NCBI GenBank assembly: GCA_964472925.1
Contig: CAYYNL010000002.1
Location: 1 to 59,702, forward strand
Source of the DNA: an uncultured Fibrobacter sp.
GTDB lineage: Bacteria > Fibrobacterota > Chitinivibrionia > Chitinivibrionales > Chitinispirillaceae
Direction of reading: 5' to 3'
DNA: 59,702 nt
Position numbers and translations under genes: made by a program. The notes under the pieces are model-generated. The model ran no database searches. It had not been told where the DNA came from and saw only the letters and a program-made list of their open reading frames with translations. Of the stretch, positions 38,163 to 47,461 are shown piece after piece; within the stretch, counting starts at the first letter, position 1; every line of letters starts with the position of its first letter.

Positions 38163-41100
38163 TTATTCTCCAGATTGGGCTATCCTGCTCATCACAGCAT
38201 CTCTTTCCACTATCATTTCCGGACATTTAAGACTAAAAAATTCCTTGTCACCAAATGGTAACACTGTTTCTGAAAACTTTACCTGCACTCCGTATGGTAA
38301 AATTATCATATTCTGGATATTTCTTTCCCATCTGGCAATCATCGAAGTACTGTTCTGAATATTTACCTGCGCAGATTCGAATAATCTAAAAATAGCCCAA
38401 TCTCCTTTAAATTTGAGCTCATCAGTATAGTTCTGATGAATAAATAAGCTCAAAGTGATCCCGTTTTCCTGTGTTTCTGAAGGCCACTGAAGACATAAAC
38501 TGAGCTTATCATCAACAATCTTATATTCCTGCTTACCTATATTCAATGTACCTCTAATCTTATTACCAGGTAAAGATATAAAATATAACGACTGAACTTT
38601 CAAAGAACCGTCACTGTTAAATATAGAACTACTTATTTTATCTGCTTTCCTTATCATTTCATAAAATAACTCGTTGAACTGAAGATTAATACACCCCACT
38701 AATTTTGACTTCCATTTATCGCCATCTCTAACCAGATAAAAAGACAGATTATTCAGAATAAACCCAAATAATATACCTGTATTAGGCCGTAAAAACTCTA
38801 TCGCTGCATCCAACGGTGCATCCTCTTTTGTCTTGTAAAAAGGATATTTCCCTGACAATTTGCTATTATAGAAATTATATACATTTCTATACCAGATATC
38901 ATTGATCTCTTCCGAGATTAAACTAATAATAGTTTCTGCAGCCATTTCTAAAGGCTTTCTGATAACTGAAATCATGGCAGGTTGTAAATATTCTGGCATT
39001 GACATTATCAGTTTTTCAGTTACTCTCCATGCGTTTAACAATGGATCTTGATCAGTTCCATTAAAAACTTCCAGAAAATTTTTGCTTCCTGCACAGCTTA
39101 TCATTTTATCAGAAATAATATTTAGCTTTTCCTTGTATTCTGATAAGCCCTGTGACCTGACAAGAACCATCAATGGTTTAAAAAACTGATCAATTTTACT
39201 CAGGGTATCTTTTTTCAATATGGCATCATTGGCTACAGAAATATGTTTTTTAACAGATGTGATATTTTTTGCGGTACAACTCTTTGCAGCATTTATCAAA
39301 GCCTTCTCTTTAGGTAATGTATTTACCTTAGATAGTTTTATAACATTATCCAAAAAAACAGAAATGTCAGAACCCTCCACTGTAAGTTTTCTTAAAAATT
39401 GAGCCATACCAGAAATACCTTCCGGTTTCTGGTAATAGACTGATTCCAAAAACGATAACCATTCCCTGCATACATCATCGATATACATGGAATCCAGATC
39501 TGATTTTAATTTTTTTTCATCCTTTATTTCATATCTGATACCATTTTCACCTGTAACCCAGTCTATTATTATAGGATTCTTGATCGAGATTGATATCTCA
39601 TTTTTTACGTACTTGTCCCATCCTTCCTGTGTATAAATAGTATTGATTCTTTTTTTGCTTAAAATTACTCCGTCCCCAATCGAAATCAATGAAGAAGTTT
39701 TCTGTAATCGGCTGGCAAGCGATTCGTAGATAATTTTCGCATCCGGAATCTGTGCAAGATGATTCCTTGCCTGCTTCACTAAGAACGGATTCTGCTGAAT
39801 CAAAGGCATTTCACCAGTTTTTAAAAAATAATTGTATAACCCGATATTCTTTTTCAGTATTGTCTCCAGATTCATCGGCAACTTTTTTATTTTTTTTAGA
39901 TTGATCATAAAAGGGAAAAAGTCATTTTCTATTGTTTCTCGAATAACCACTGTATCTATTCTACTCTGATTTATAGCAACTTCTTCAGAAATAGACAAAT
40001 AAGTTTTTAAATACCTGTAAAGAGATAAGTAATTTTCATATGTCAGATTGTAATTGGATGCGCTGATATTTTTAATACAAGATTCAAGGTATGCTGCCAT
40101 AGGAACACTTAAAAGGTTATATGCCTGTTGAATGTAGATCCTTTTCAATTTATCATAAGTTCTCTCAGTTTTTACAAACCCTATTCCATAGGATAAAGGC
40201 ACTCCAGTCTTGTGAAATGTCCTGAATTTTTCAACCATCTCAGATATATTTTGCATTTGTGTATAAGCATCTATCATTTTACCGTTTTTGGAATAATTCT
40301 TTGTAATTTTTTCATTAATTTGGCCTTTTAATTTTTGTGCTTTTTCATAAGAAAAGAACAGATACAATAACATAAAAATAAAAACCAGAGAATATACCCC
40401 GCACAATGTATAGTATTTTATGCGACCTTTTTTTGTTGTACTCCTGGTTCCCTTCAAAATCTGAATACCACTGGGGAAAACCTCAAAAAATAACCTTTCA
40501 ATAAATAACGTTCCTGGTTTTCGAAATGACTTTTGTTCTGTTCCCCTGAAATAATCCTCATTTCTATGTGGGTTTAGTGGATGACATATTATTGTTTGTG
40601 ATAATTTTGAAGAGATCACACATTCTTTTGGATTTGTTCCTTTTATTTCATTTGTATTACAGCTAACAAAATAAAACCCTTTGAAAACTGGTTTACCTTC
40701 GTATGGATTATCTTTGAACAATTCTTCAAAAAAATCACCAATTTTTTTCTTTATTCCCTCAAATTCAACTAAAAATTGACTTATGAGTCTTCGTGTATTA
40801 TTATTGTTTTCTTTTGCAGATCTTTTCAGATAAAAAGATTTAAGAGAATTACAGATTATTTCGTACTCTTTATTAAACTCTATGCGGGGGAAATCTTTCA
40901 TCCCCTCATTAGCAAATGTAGCGCCTAAAATCTGATCAGACCATTTTTCTGAACCATTATAAAAATATTCTGTAAACCCTGGCATTGAATCCATTTTACT
41001 GAAAATGCAAAATACTGGTAGTTCAATTCCCCAATATCTTATCATTTCATCATATTTACTTCTCAGTTCTTTTGCTGTTTTTCTGATACTCTGCTGAGAG

Positions 41101-41558
41101 CCATTGATTATGCAACCAATATCTATAATACAAATAGTACAATCGACAGGTCTTTTCCGACGTATCTTTGCCAAAGACTGATAAACTGATTCAAATAACT
41201 CATTATTTTCTGAATTGTATAATTTTCCTGGAAAATCTAACCATATAGCATTATTTCCTGAGAACCATTTTATCCCAGATGAGCTTTCATCATCATTGTC
41301 TATGGGATATCTGAACTGAAAACTTAGTCCAGATTCAGCCAATACAGTACTCTTTCCACTATTTTCAGGCCCGGTTATCATGAACCACGGGATATCATAC
41401 AAAGCATGATTTATAAATAATCTTCCTGGCTTCACCGTTTTTAAATAGCTCTTTATCGCAGTTTTAAACTCTTTCTGGACCTGATATGACATCTGATTTT
41501 CTATTGAAAATGAGTGAGATAGTTTTTTATTGGTCTTTTCTTTCTTCATAAATAACAT
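38163..41558 (-). CDS. tssM: type VI secretion membrane subunit TssM (IcmF family), N-terminally truncated architecture
   Basis: LYDIPWFMITGPENSGKSTVL (TssM Walker A region) at residues 54-73. Single TM near residues 382-404. C-terminal IcmF_C-like region (SGKYPFYK ... LQWPSE ... KGDWAIFRLFESA). Confidence 0.85.
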   Translation of the reverse strand: MLFMKKEKTNKKLSHSFSIENQMSYQVQKEFKTAIKSYLKTVKPGRLFINHALYDIPWFMITGPENSGKSTVLAESGLSFQFRYPIDNDDESSSGIKWFSGNNAIWLDFPGKLYNSENNELFESVYQSLAKIRRKRPVDCTICIIDIGCIINGSQQSIRKTAKELRSKYDEMIRYWGIELPVFCIFSKMDSMPGFTEYFYNGSEKWSDQILGATFANEGMKDFPRIEFNKEYEIICNSLKSFYLKRSAKENNNNTRRLISQFLVEFEGIKKKIGDFFEELFKDNPYEGKPVFKGFYFVSCNTNEIKGTNPKECVISSKLSQTIICHPLNPHRNEDYFRGTEQKSFRKPGTLFIERLFFEVFPSGIQILKGTRSTTKKGRIKYYTLCGVYSLVFIFMLLYLFFSYEKAQKLKGQINEKITKNYSKNGKMIDAYTQMQNISEMVEKFRTFHKTGVPLSYGIGFVKTERTYDKLKRIYIQQAYNLLSVPMAAYLESCIKNISASNYNLTYENYLSLYRYLKTYLSISEEVAINQSRIDTVVIRETIENDFFPFMINLKKIKKLPMNLETILKKNIGLYNYFLKTGEMPLIQQNPFLVKQARNHLAQIPDAKIIYESLASRLQKTSSLISIGDGVILSKKRINTIYTQEGWDKYVKNEISISIKNPIIIDWVTGENGIRYEIKDEKKLKSDLDSMYIDDVCREWLSFLESVYYQKPEGISGMAQFLRKLTVEGSDISVFLDNVIKLSKVNTLPKEKALINAAKSCTAKNITSVKKHISVANDAILKKDTLSKIDQFFKPLMVLVRSQGLSEYKEKLNIISDKMISCAGSKNFLEVFNGTDQDPLLNAWRVTEKLIMSMPEYLQPAMISVIRKPLEMAAETIISLISEEINDIWYRNVYNFYNSKLSGKYPFYKTKEDAPLDAAIEFLRPNTGILFGFILNNLSFYLVRDGDKWKSKLVGCINLQFNELFYEMIRKADKISSSIFNSDGSLKVQSLYFISLPGNKIRGTLNIGKQEYKIVDDKLSLCLQWPSETQENGITLSLFIHQNYTDELKFKGDWAIFRLFESAQVNIQNSTSMIARWERNIQNMIILPYGVQVKFSETVLPFGDKEFFSLKCPEMIVERDAVMSRIAQSGE

Positions 41559-41577
41559 CTTTGGCCATCTTTTTCTT

Positions 41578-42513
41578 TCAGTTTTTTCCTTGAATTACCA
41601 ACCAATACTCTTCACCATTTCCCCCTGGTTCACCACATATACTGTCAATTCCTAAAGATGCATTATCAGTTCCCAGATTGACGGAAATCATGTTTTCTGT
41701 TGTATATTTCACTTTCACATCATATTCCAGATATTGTGGGAGATAAGAATTTATTATTTTAAAAACACCTGAAATGAAACCTGACCCGCTGTTATAAGAT
41801 CTGATAGAATGAGAATGGTCCAGTTCCAAAATAACCGAAAATTTACCTGACCGATCTATTATTCTTTCTCCCAAAACGATATTATCAGAAAGTACCATAT
41901 CTTTGCCAAGCACCCCTAAACAATCAACCTTCACCCATTGTGAACACCATTGCTCGATATATACTTTCACTCCATCACAATAATCACTTATCATTTCAAT
42001 AAGACAATTAATATTTCCATATACTCTTGTCATTAAACCATAACAGTATGATAAATCTATTTCTTCCTTATTCGATTGTATGGATTTTGGAGCCTGACTT
42101 TTCAGAAAGAAGCTTATATCATTTTTTGATAATGGAAATTGATAACATTTTTTCCATGCCTGAAAAAATAAAACATATAGTCGGTTGTCAAAAATGTTTA
42201 AAAAATCGGTTAAGGGGTTCTTCTCACGACTGTGCATTGCTCCATACTCTAAAAAATAGTTTGGCAAAGGAGAACTAATCCCCATAAGCCCTAAAAAAGA
42301 AAGCACTACATTCAAACCATCTTGATCTCTGACTACCTTTTCTACATCACTGCAAGGAAATGCTATTTCCTGATTAGATGACAATCTTATAAGCCTGGAC
42401 CATGAACTATACTCCCCTGCATTAATACCGAAATACTCTTCCATCATCACCAAAATTTGGAATGCATCGAACTCATGACCCCTTTTAAGTAAATCATTTA
42501 TCAGATCAGGCAT
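41578..42513 (-). CDS. tssG: type VI secretion baseplate subunit TssG
   Basis: 311 aa. N-terminal FDAFQILVMMEEYF (TssG F-x-F-Q-x-x-x-x-L-E pattern). Directly follows tssF. Confidence 0.8.
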   Translation of the reverse strand: MPDLINDLLKRGHEFDAFQILVMMEEYFGINAGEYSSWSRLIRLSSNQEIAFPCSDVEKVVRDQDGLNVVLSFLGLMGISSPLPNYFLEYGAMHSREKNPLTDFLNIFDNRLYVLFFQAWKKCYQFPLSKNDISFFLKSQAPKSIQSNKEEIDLSYCYGLMTRVYGNINCLIEMISDYCDGVKVYIEQWCSQWVKVDCLGVLGKDMVLSDNIVLGERIIDRSGKFSVILELDHSHSIRSYNSGSGFISGVFKIINSYLPQYLEYDVKVKYTTENMISVNLGTDNASLGIDSICGEPGGNGEEYWLVIQGKN

Positions 42514-42526
42514 TCATTTACCTTTT

Positions 42527-44251
42527 TTATAACAGATTCCAGGTCAGTATTTTATCGGAAGGTTTCAAAATAAACTGAAGCTCACAGAAATTATTTACTT
42601 GCATATATTGATTAAACAGATTCAAAAGTATCAGTCCAAACAGATGAAGGTCTTGTGTATCTTTAAACACCTCCTCTTCAATGGTAACAACAAAACGTAT
42701 CCCGAATATGAGACAACCCCTATATGCTTTATGCACCGGTTCGCTTTTTACATCGGTAACAGATTCTATTATGTAATTTTTCTCTTCAAGACCTGACCAG
42801 TTATATAGATGAAGATATTTCCTTAGCACTTCTTTATCTGCTAATCTTTTTATATTTGCCACCAGATTAGTATGAAAAGCCCATACATATTCATCATTTT
42901 CTGGAGGAGATACCGGCAATGATGGCCGTGTAATATTGGAAATTTTTATGTAATCAGGAAAACCTTTTCCTAAACTGTTAATATCTCCTTCATAAACCAT
43001 GTCTCTGGGAAACCTTCCGTTTGTGCACCATGCTTCAATTACTATTATCTCTTCCTTTATCTCTTTTCCGAAAAGATTAGAACCTCCAAACGAAATATTC
43101 ATCTGCCGCTTTCCTTCTGCAGTATAAACGAATCGTGTGGTATATGTATTGGCAGATCTATTTCTGACATTTCTAAATGTATAGTAAGGCTCATACACAG
43201 TTTTCTCACCTGTTACTTTGTTTATTCCTGTTACAGAATGAATACTATGTACAGCCATATTTTCAGATTCATAATCTGCAACCACCCGATATTCAGGCTG
43301 TGTCCCGTTTTTCACCACAGGTTCTGCGTTCTTTAGAAACATATTTACAACAGGACTACAATATAGCCTGAATATGGAAGAGGAAAATTCTCTTCCCACA
43401 GGAAACCGTTCTGAAATGGTTATTCTTATGATAATTGTCTCAGGAGTCGTTTGGGGCTCTGGCAGAGTATCTATTCCTCTGAATTCAATGAATTGAAACT
43501 TTTCAGGAAATGCAAAATATTCCTTTAATAAATTATGTCCATAGAAAGATCGTTTGGAAGTCGGTAAAATTGTCTCATCGATCTCAAAACCTCCAGCTTT
43601 AATGGCTTCCCTTGGATCGATGGAGTAATGCGTTCCATCTTTTGTATATTGCACTTCGAACTTTTTCGCTTCAGTGGTAAATAAACGATGCAAAGTCATG
43701 GCAACAGGATATTCTGCATATAGAAAGATGCTTATTTTTTTTAAGTCGTACTTTTCCCATTTGACCGAAGTATCCAGACTGAATTCAAAAGTAAAAACGT
43801 CGTTATTCTGGTTATCACTTTCTTTTTTTACTGCAACTAATAATAATGGATTAAATACTATCGGTTTAACAGTTCTGAACCTGCATATATCCAAACCAGG
43901 ACCTATTTGACCGGTAGTTATTTCTGATCCTGCAGGTAAGATTCTGCTCTCTTGAAGAAATCCTGCTCGTGGCTCAAATTGGACTATGGCCAAAGATGGT
44001 ATTTCCTGGAAAAACTGTGGCCATATCAGATTTATAAGTCCTTCTGTCAACCTGGGCAGAGATTCATCCAGTTTCTCACGAATCCTTCCTGCAATAAATG
44101 CAAAACCCTCAAATAAGCGTTCCACATATGGATCCCGATCCCCAAGAGAATCGATATTAAGATAACGTGCAAGCTGTGGATGAGCTTTGGCAAATTCAGC
44201 TCCGGACTCATAAAGATATCGAAGTTCCTCTTCGTAATATTTTTCTATCAC
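42527..44251 (-). CDS. tssF: type VI secretion baseplate subunit TssF
   Basis: KYYEEELRYLYESGAEFAKAHPQLARYL ... DPYVERLFEGFAFIAGRIREKLDESLPRLTEGLINLIWPQF is the canonical TssF N-terminus. Confidence 0.9.
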   Translation of the reverse strand: MIEKYYEEELRYLYESGAEFAKAHPQLARYLNIDSLGDRDPYVERLFEGFAFIAGRIREKLDESLPRLTEGLINLIWPQFFQEIPSLAIVQFEPRAGFLQESRILPAGSEITTGQIGPGLDICRFRTVKPIVFNPLLLVAVKKESDNQNNDVFTFEFSLDTSVKWEKYDLKKISIFLYAEYPVAMTLHRLFTTEAKKFEVQYTKDGTHYSIDPREAIKAGGFEIDETILPTSKRSFYGHNLLKEYFAFPEKFQFIEFRGIDTLPEPQTTPETIIIRITISERFPVGREFSSSIFRLYCSPVVNMFLKNAEPVVKNGTQPEYRVVADYESENMAVHSIHSVTGINKVTGEKTVYEPYYTFRNVRNRSANTYTTRFVYTAEGKRQMNISFGGSNLFGKEIKEEIIVIEAWCTNGRFPRDMVYEGDINSLGKGFPDYIKISNITRPSLPVSPPENDEYVWAFHTNLVANIKRLADKEVLRKYLHLYNWSGLEEKNYIIESVTDVKSEPVHKAYRGCLIFGIRFVVTIEEEVFKDTQDLHLFGLILLNLFNQYMQVNNFCELQFILKPSDKILTWNLL

Positions 44252-44691
44252 TTTTTAACCTCCTGATTCATTTTGTTGGAAATTTCAGGAGGTTGATTTG
44301 GAATAAGAACCGTATGGAACATTACTTCTGGTCCTTCTATAATTTCTGCTGATATAACAAAAAAGATATTGCCACTATTTCCTTCCGATTCTAATGCTTC
44401 TACCTGGACATTCTTAAGCCTTGTTTCATACTTTTTAACTGTATCCCTTATAGCTTCCTTTAATCTTCTTATTCCTTCGGGTGTTGATCGGTAAATTTCT
44501 GAAAACTCCGGAATTCCATAATCTGCCAGATGTTGAATTGAACCACGCCTAGTGTTAAGAAGACGAAAGAGATGATCCATGATTGATTTTGTTTTTTGAT
44601 AACCCGCTGGCACCGATTCAACAGGATTTCCATCCAGAAATTTTCCAGTCAGACATTCAAATAAACCTGTCTTCACCCATTTTTCTCCCAT
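44248..44691 (-). CDS. tssE: type VI secretion baseplate subunit TssE (gp25-like)
   Basis: SIMDHLFRLLNTRRGSIQHLADYGIPEF is the gp25/TssE signature. Start moved to ATG 44691 because the ORF-track start at 44793 overlaps hcp by 35 nt. ATGA overlap with tssF. Confidence 0.8.
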   Translation of the reverse strand: MGEKWVKTGLFECLTGKFLDGNPVESVPAGYQKTKSIMDHLFRLLNTRRGSIQHLADYGIPEFSEIYRSTPEGIRRLKEAIRDTVKKYETRLKNVQVEALESEGNSGNIFFVISAEIIEGPEVMFHTVLIPNQPPEISNKMNQEVKK

Positions 44692-44758
44692 CCTGCTTTG
44701 ATTAAAACCCAAGAAAAACCGATCCTCCGGCTTTTTCCGGAGGATTTTAATTTTTCTC

Positions 44759-45235
44759 TTAACGACCTTCCAACCAGGAATCGGTATGCACATACCCCCC
44801 TTCCGGATACTCCCAGGTTATCTTTCCATATCTGAAACTTACTTTTTCCATATGCACAAATCGTTCAAATTCTCTGGCTTTTACATTATACATAATCGGT
44901 TCTACAGAACAGACTTTTACAGTTTCCAGAAGATGACTGAAATAAAGCACCTCTGCCCCCTGATCATCGATTTTATACCAATCCACTTTCATTTTATCGT
45001 ATGTTATCCCTTCACAGACTGCTTTATAAAGAAGTGGAGAAGATTGGTCAAATGCTTTTATGATCTGAAAGGCTTCATGTTTCCTGGTTCCGGTTAATGC
45101 ACCTGTATCCGGGTCGGTAGGGATCCTAACTTCATGGTGAAACTCCAAAACCTCAATACTGTTTTCTCTGCCAGCAACAGTACATCCTCCCTTAATTTTG
45201 CCATCATTAATCCACATGTAGGCTGGTATAGGCAT
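44759..45235 (-). CDS. hcp: type VI secretion tube protein Hcp (TssD)
   Basis: 158 aa. MPIPAYMWINDGKIKGGCTVAGRENSIEVLEFHHEVRIPTDPDTGALTGTRKHEAF matches the Hcp1 family pattern. Confidence 0.9.
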   Translation of the reverse strand: MPIPAYMWINDGKIKGGCTVAGRENSIEVLEFHHEVRIPTDPDTGALTGTRKHEAFQIIKAFDQSSPLLYKAVCEGITYDKMKVDWYKIDDQGAEVLYFSHLLETVKVCSVEPIMYNVKAREFERFVHMEKVSFRYGKITWEYPEGGYVHTDSWLEGR

Positions 45236-45338
45236 AAGATCTCCTTTAATGTTAATGGTGAAGCAAATTACTCATTATTTTTTGAGCATCTTTTTATTTA
45301 TGATTAATTACGCAGATCATATACAATTGATAATGCTC

Positions 45339-46895
45339 TTATTTGCCTTTGGGCATCTGACTTACAAGAAATAGACTTACATCAATTCCTTCTATCTGAA
45401 AATGCGGTATAACCGATAATGAAACAGAAAAGAATCCTGGATTATCTGTTAACTCATTTACACTCACCTCGGCTGCTTTCAATGGATGTGTTGCAATAAG
45501 CTGCGGACCCGGATCAGGCATTTCGGTAACCAATCCCTTTATCCATTTATTTAACTCCTCCTGAAGTACTGCTTTGCTTTTAGTAGTTCCGATATTTTCC
45601 CGTTGGATTATTTTCAGATAATGAGCTATCCTGGAAATCATGAAAATGTAAGGCAATCTTGAATTAACCTTTAAATTCGCATTTACATCAGGATTATCAG
45701 TTGGAACAATTTTCTGAGCAGAATTGGCAGAAAAGAAACATGCGTAATTGCTATTCTTATAATATGACAATGGAATAAATCCTTCATTGGCGAACTCAAA
45801 TTCGCGGGTTTCCGGTATTAATATCTCGGTAGGAATCTTCATCTGCGTTCCCTTTCCGGCATCGAAAAAATGAACCGGCAAATCCTCTATCTTTCCTCCC
45901 GATTCAGGGCCACGAATCTGAACACACCATCCATTTTCAACAAAAGAACGAATCATATTGGAAGCAAATGCGAATGAACTGTTTCCCCACAGATATTTCT
46001 GATGATCCTTACCTGTTACTTTTTCAGTGTAATTAAATTCCTTTACTGCAACAGTATCTGGTCCGTATGGAAGCCTCAATGTAAATCTGGGCAAAGTTAA
46101 ACCCACATATCTGGCATCCTCTGTTCTCCTAAATGAATTCCACCTCATAAATTCTGAACGATCCATGAATGTATGCAGATCTTCTATTTTTGTCAATTCA
46201 CTAAAGTCTTTTTTGCCGAAAAAACCTGGTGAAACAGCACCAATAAAAGGGCAGTGACATGCAGCAGCAACCTTGGAAATATTTTGGAGAAATCCAATAT
46301 CCTCTGCAGTATTATTGAATTCAAAATTGGAGATCATTGCCCCATAAGGTTCTCCACCAGGAGTATCATATTCATCTGTGTATACCTGTTTATATATACC
46401 GGATTGAATTATTTCTGCAGCATCCTCGAAATCTTCATTAATCACCTCCTTTGCTACATCCAGAAGATCTATTTTCACATTTTTGTGAAAGTCAGTCCTG
46501 TCTACCAGAAATTTCAGACTCCTCCAGGCGGATTCCATACTTTGAAAATCCGGATGATGCATTATTTCATCAAGCTGTTCTGATATTTTACTGTCAATTT
46601 GAGCGATTATCATGTCAATAAGATTTTTATCAACCTTTTCTATGCTCATTTCATTAAGAACAATACTTTCCATGAAAAATTTCAATGCTGCACCTATTCG
46701 TTCATTTGAACTGCTCTCTGCCAAAGCTGATATTTCCGCATATATCATCACATCAATCTCTTTTTGTGGAATTGTCAGCTCCATAGAGTCGTATATATAT
46801 TGTAAATGATTTTGAATTTCAGTAGGGTTCTTCTGCATTTCCATCTTTTCATTTAACATGAATTGCTCCTCACCATAACCATTTTTACGATTCAA
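45339..46895 (-). CDS. tssC: type VI secretion contractile sheath large subunit TssC
   Basis: 518 aa of VipB/EvpB-type sequence (WRSLKFLVDRTD, GEPYGAMISNFEF, AAACHCPFIGAVSP, RLPYGP, NAQKI). Follows tssB. Confidence 0.9.
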   Translation of the reverse strand: MNRKNGYGEEQFMLNEKMEMQKNPTEIQNHLQYIYDSMELTIPQKEIDVMIYAEISALAESSSNERIGAALKFFMESIVLNEMSIEKVDKNLIDMIIAQIDSKISEQLDEIMHHPDFQSMESAWRSLKFLVDRTDFHKNVKIDLLDVAKEVINEDFEDAAEIIQSGIYKQVYTDEYDTPGGEPYGAMISNFEFNNTAEDIGFLQNISKVAAACHCPFIGAVSPGFFGKKDFSELTKIEDLHTFMDRSEFMRWNSFRRTEDARYVGLTLPRFTLRLPYGPDTVAVKEFNYTEKVTGKDHQKYLWGNSSFAFASNMIRSFVENGWCVQIRGPESGGKIEDLPVHFFDAGKGTQMKIPTEILIPETREFEFANEGFIPLSYYKNSNYACFFSANSAQKIVPTDNPDVNANLKVNSRLPYIFMISRIAHYLKIIQRENIGTTKSKAVLQEELNKWIKGLVTEMPDPGPQLIATHPLKAAEVSVNELTDNPGFFSVSLSVIPHFQIEGIDVSLFLVSQMPKGK

Positions 46896-46935
46896 TTAAT
46901 ATTAAACCCAAATCATATCCGAAACAGGTTAAATC

Positions 46936-47457
46936 TTAAGCCTCATTGACAGTTTTCTCTGTTGAATCCGGAATTAGTTTTTTTAATTCTCCTAGTAATG
47001 CTTTTGAAGATTCGTTATCTTTTAAGATCCCCTCCAGACGTCTTCTGAATTCTCTGTTATCTATCAGATTCGATTTAAGATCTTTGAGTAGATTCCTCGC
47101 GGCTAAAAGCCTGCTTATAGCTGGAATATTTTTGGCCACATACTCAGGTCTGAATGATTTCATATTTTTGATTTTTAAATGAACTTCAAGCATTTTATCC
47201 TTTTCTCTGGAAAGCTTGTCATCAACTGCATAATCCAACGACAGACCCATCCCCTCCATAACCTGCTCCAGATTATTTTTGTTGATACTAATTTTTTCCA
47301 TATCAGAAATTCTCTCAGATTTCTTCTTCTTTGAAAAATCACCTGTAACCAGAATTTTAAATGGCAACTCCACTTTTTTCCTGGTATCCCCTTTTCCTAC
47401 ATCCAGTTTTAAATTGATCCTGGCAGGCGGTATCTCATTTTGAAAACTCCCGGCCAT
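46936..47457 (-). CDS. tssB: type VI secretion contractile sheath small subunit TssB
   Basis: MAGSFQNEIPPARINLKLDVGKGDTRKKVELPFKILVTGDFS is canonical VipA/TssB. ATG 47457 (AAAGG upstream) preferred. The ORF-track start at 47475 would overlap tssA. Confidence 0.9.
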   Translation of the reverse strand: MAGSFQNEIPPARINLKLDVGKGDTRKKVELPFKILVTGDFSKKKKSERISDMEKISINKNNLEQVMEGMGLSLDYAVDDKLSREKDKMLEVHLKIKNMKSFRPEYVAKNIPAISRLLAARNLLKDLKSNLIDNREFRRRLEGILKDNESSKALLGELKKLIPDSTEKTVNEA

Positions 47458-47461
47458 ATTA

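Noticed and set aside
44692-44793. 5' extension of the tssE ORF overlapping the hcp 3' end
   Set aside because: The extension (MCIPIPGWKVVKRKIKILRKK...) has no TssE similarity and overlaps hcp by 35 nt. The internal ATG at 44691 gives a normal-sized gp25-like protein.
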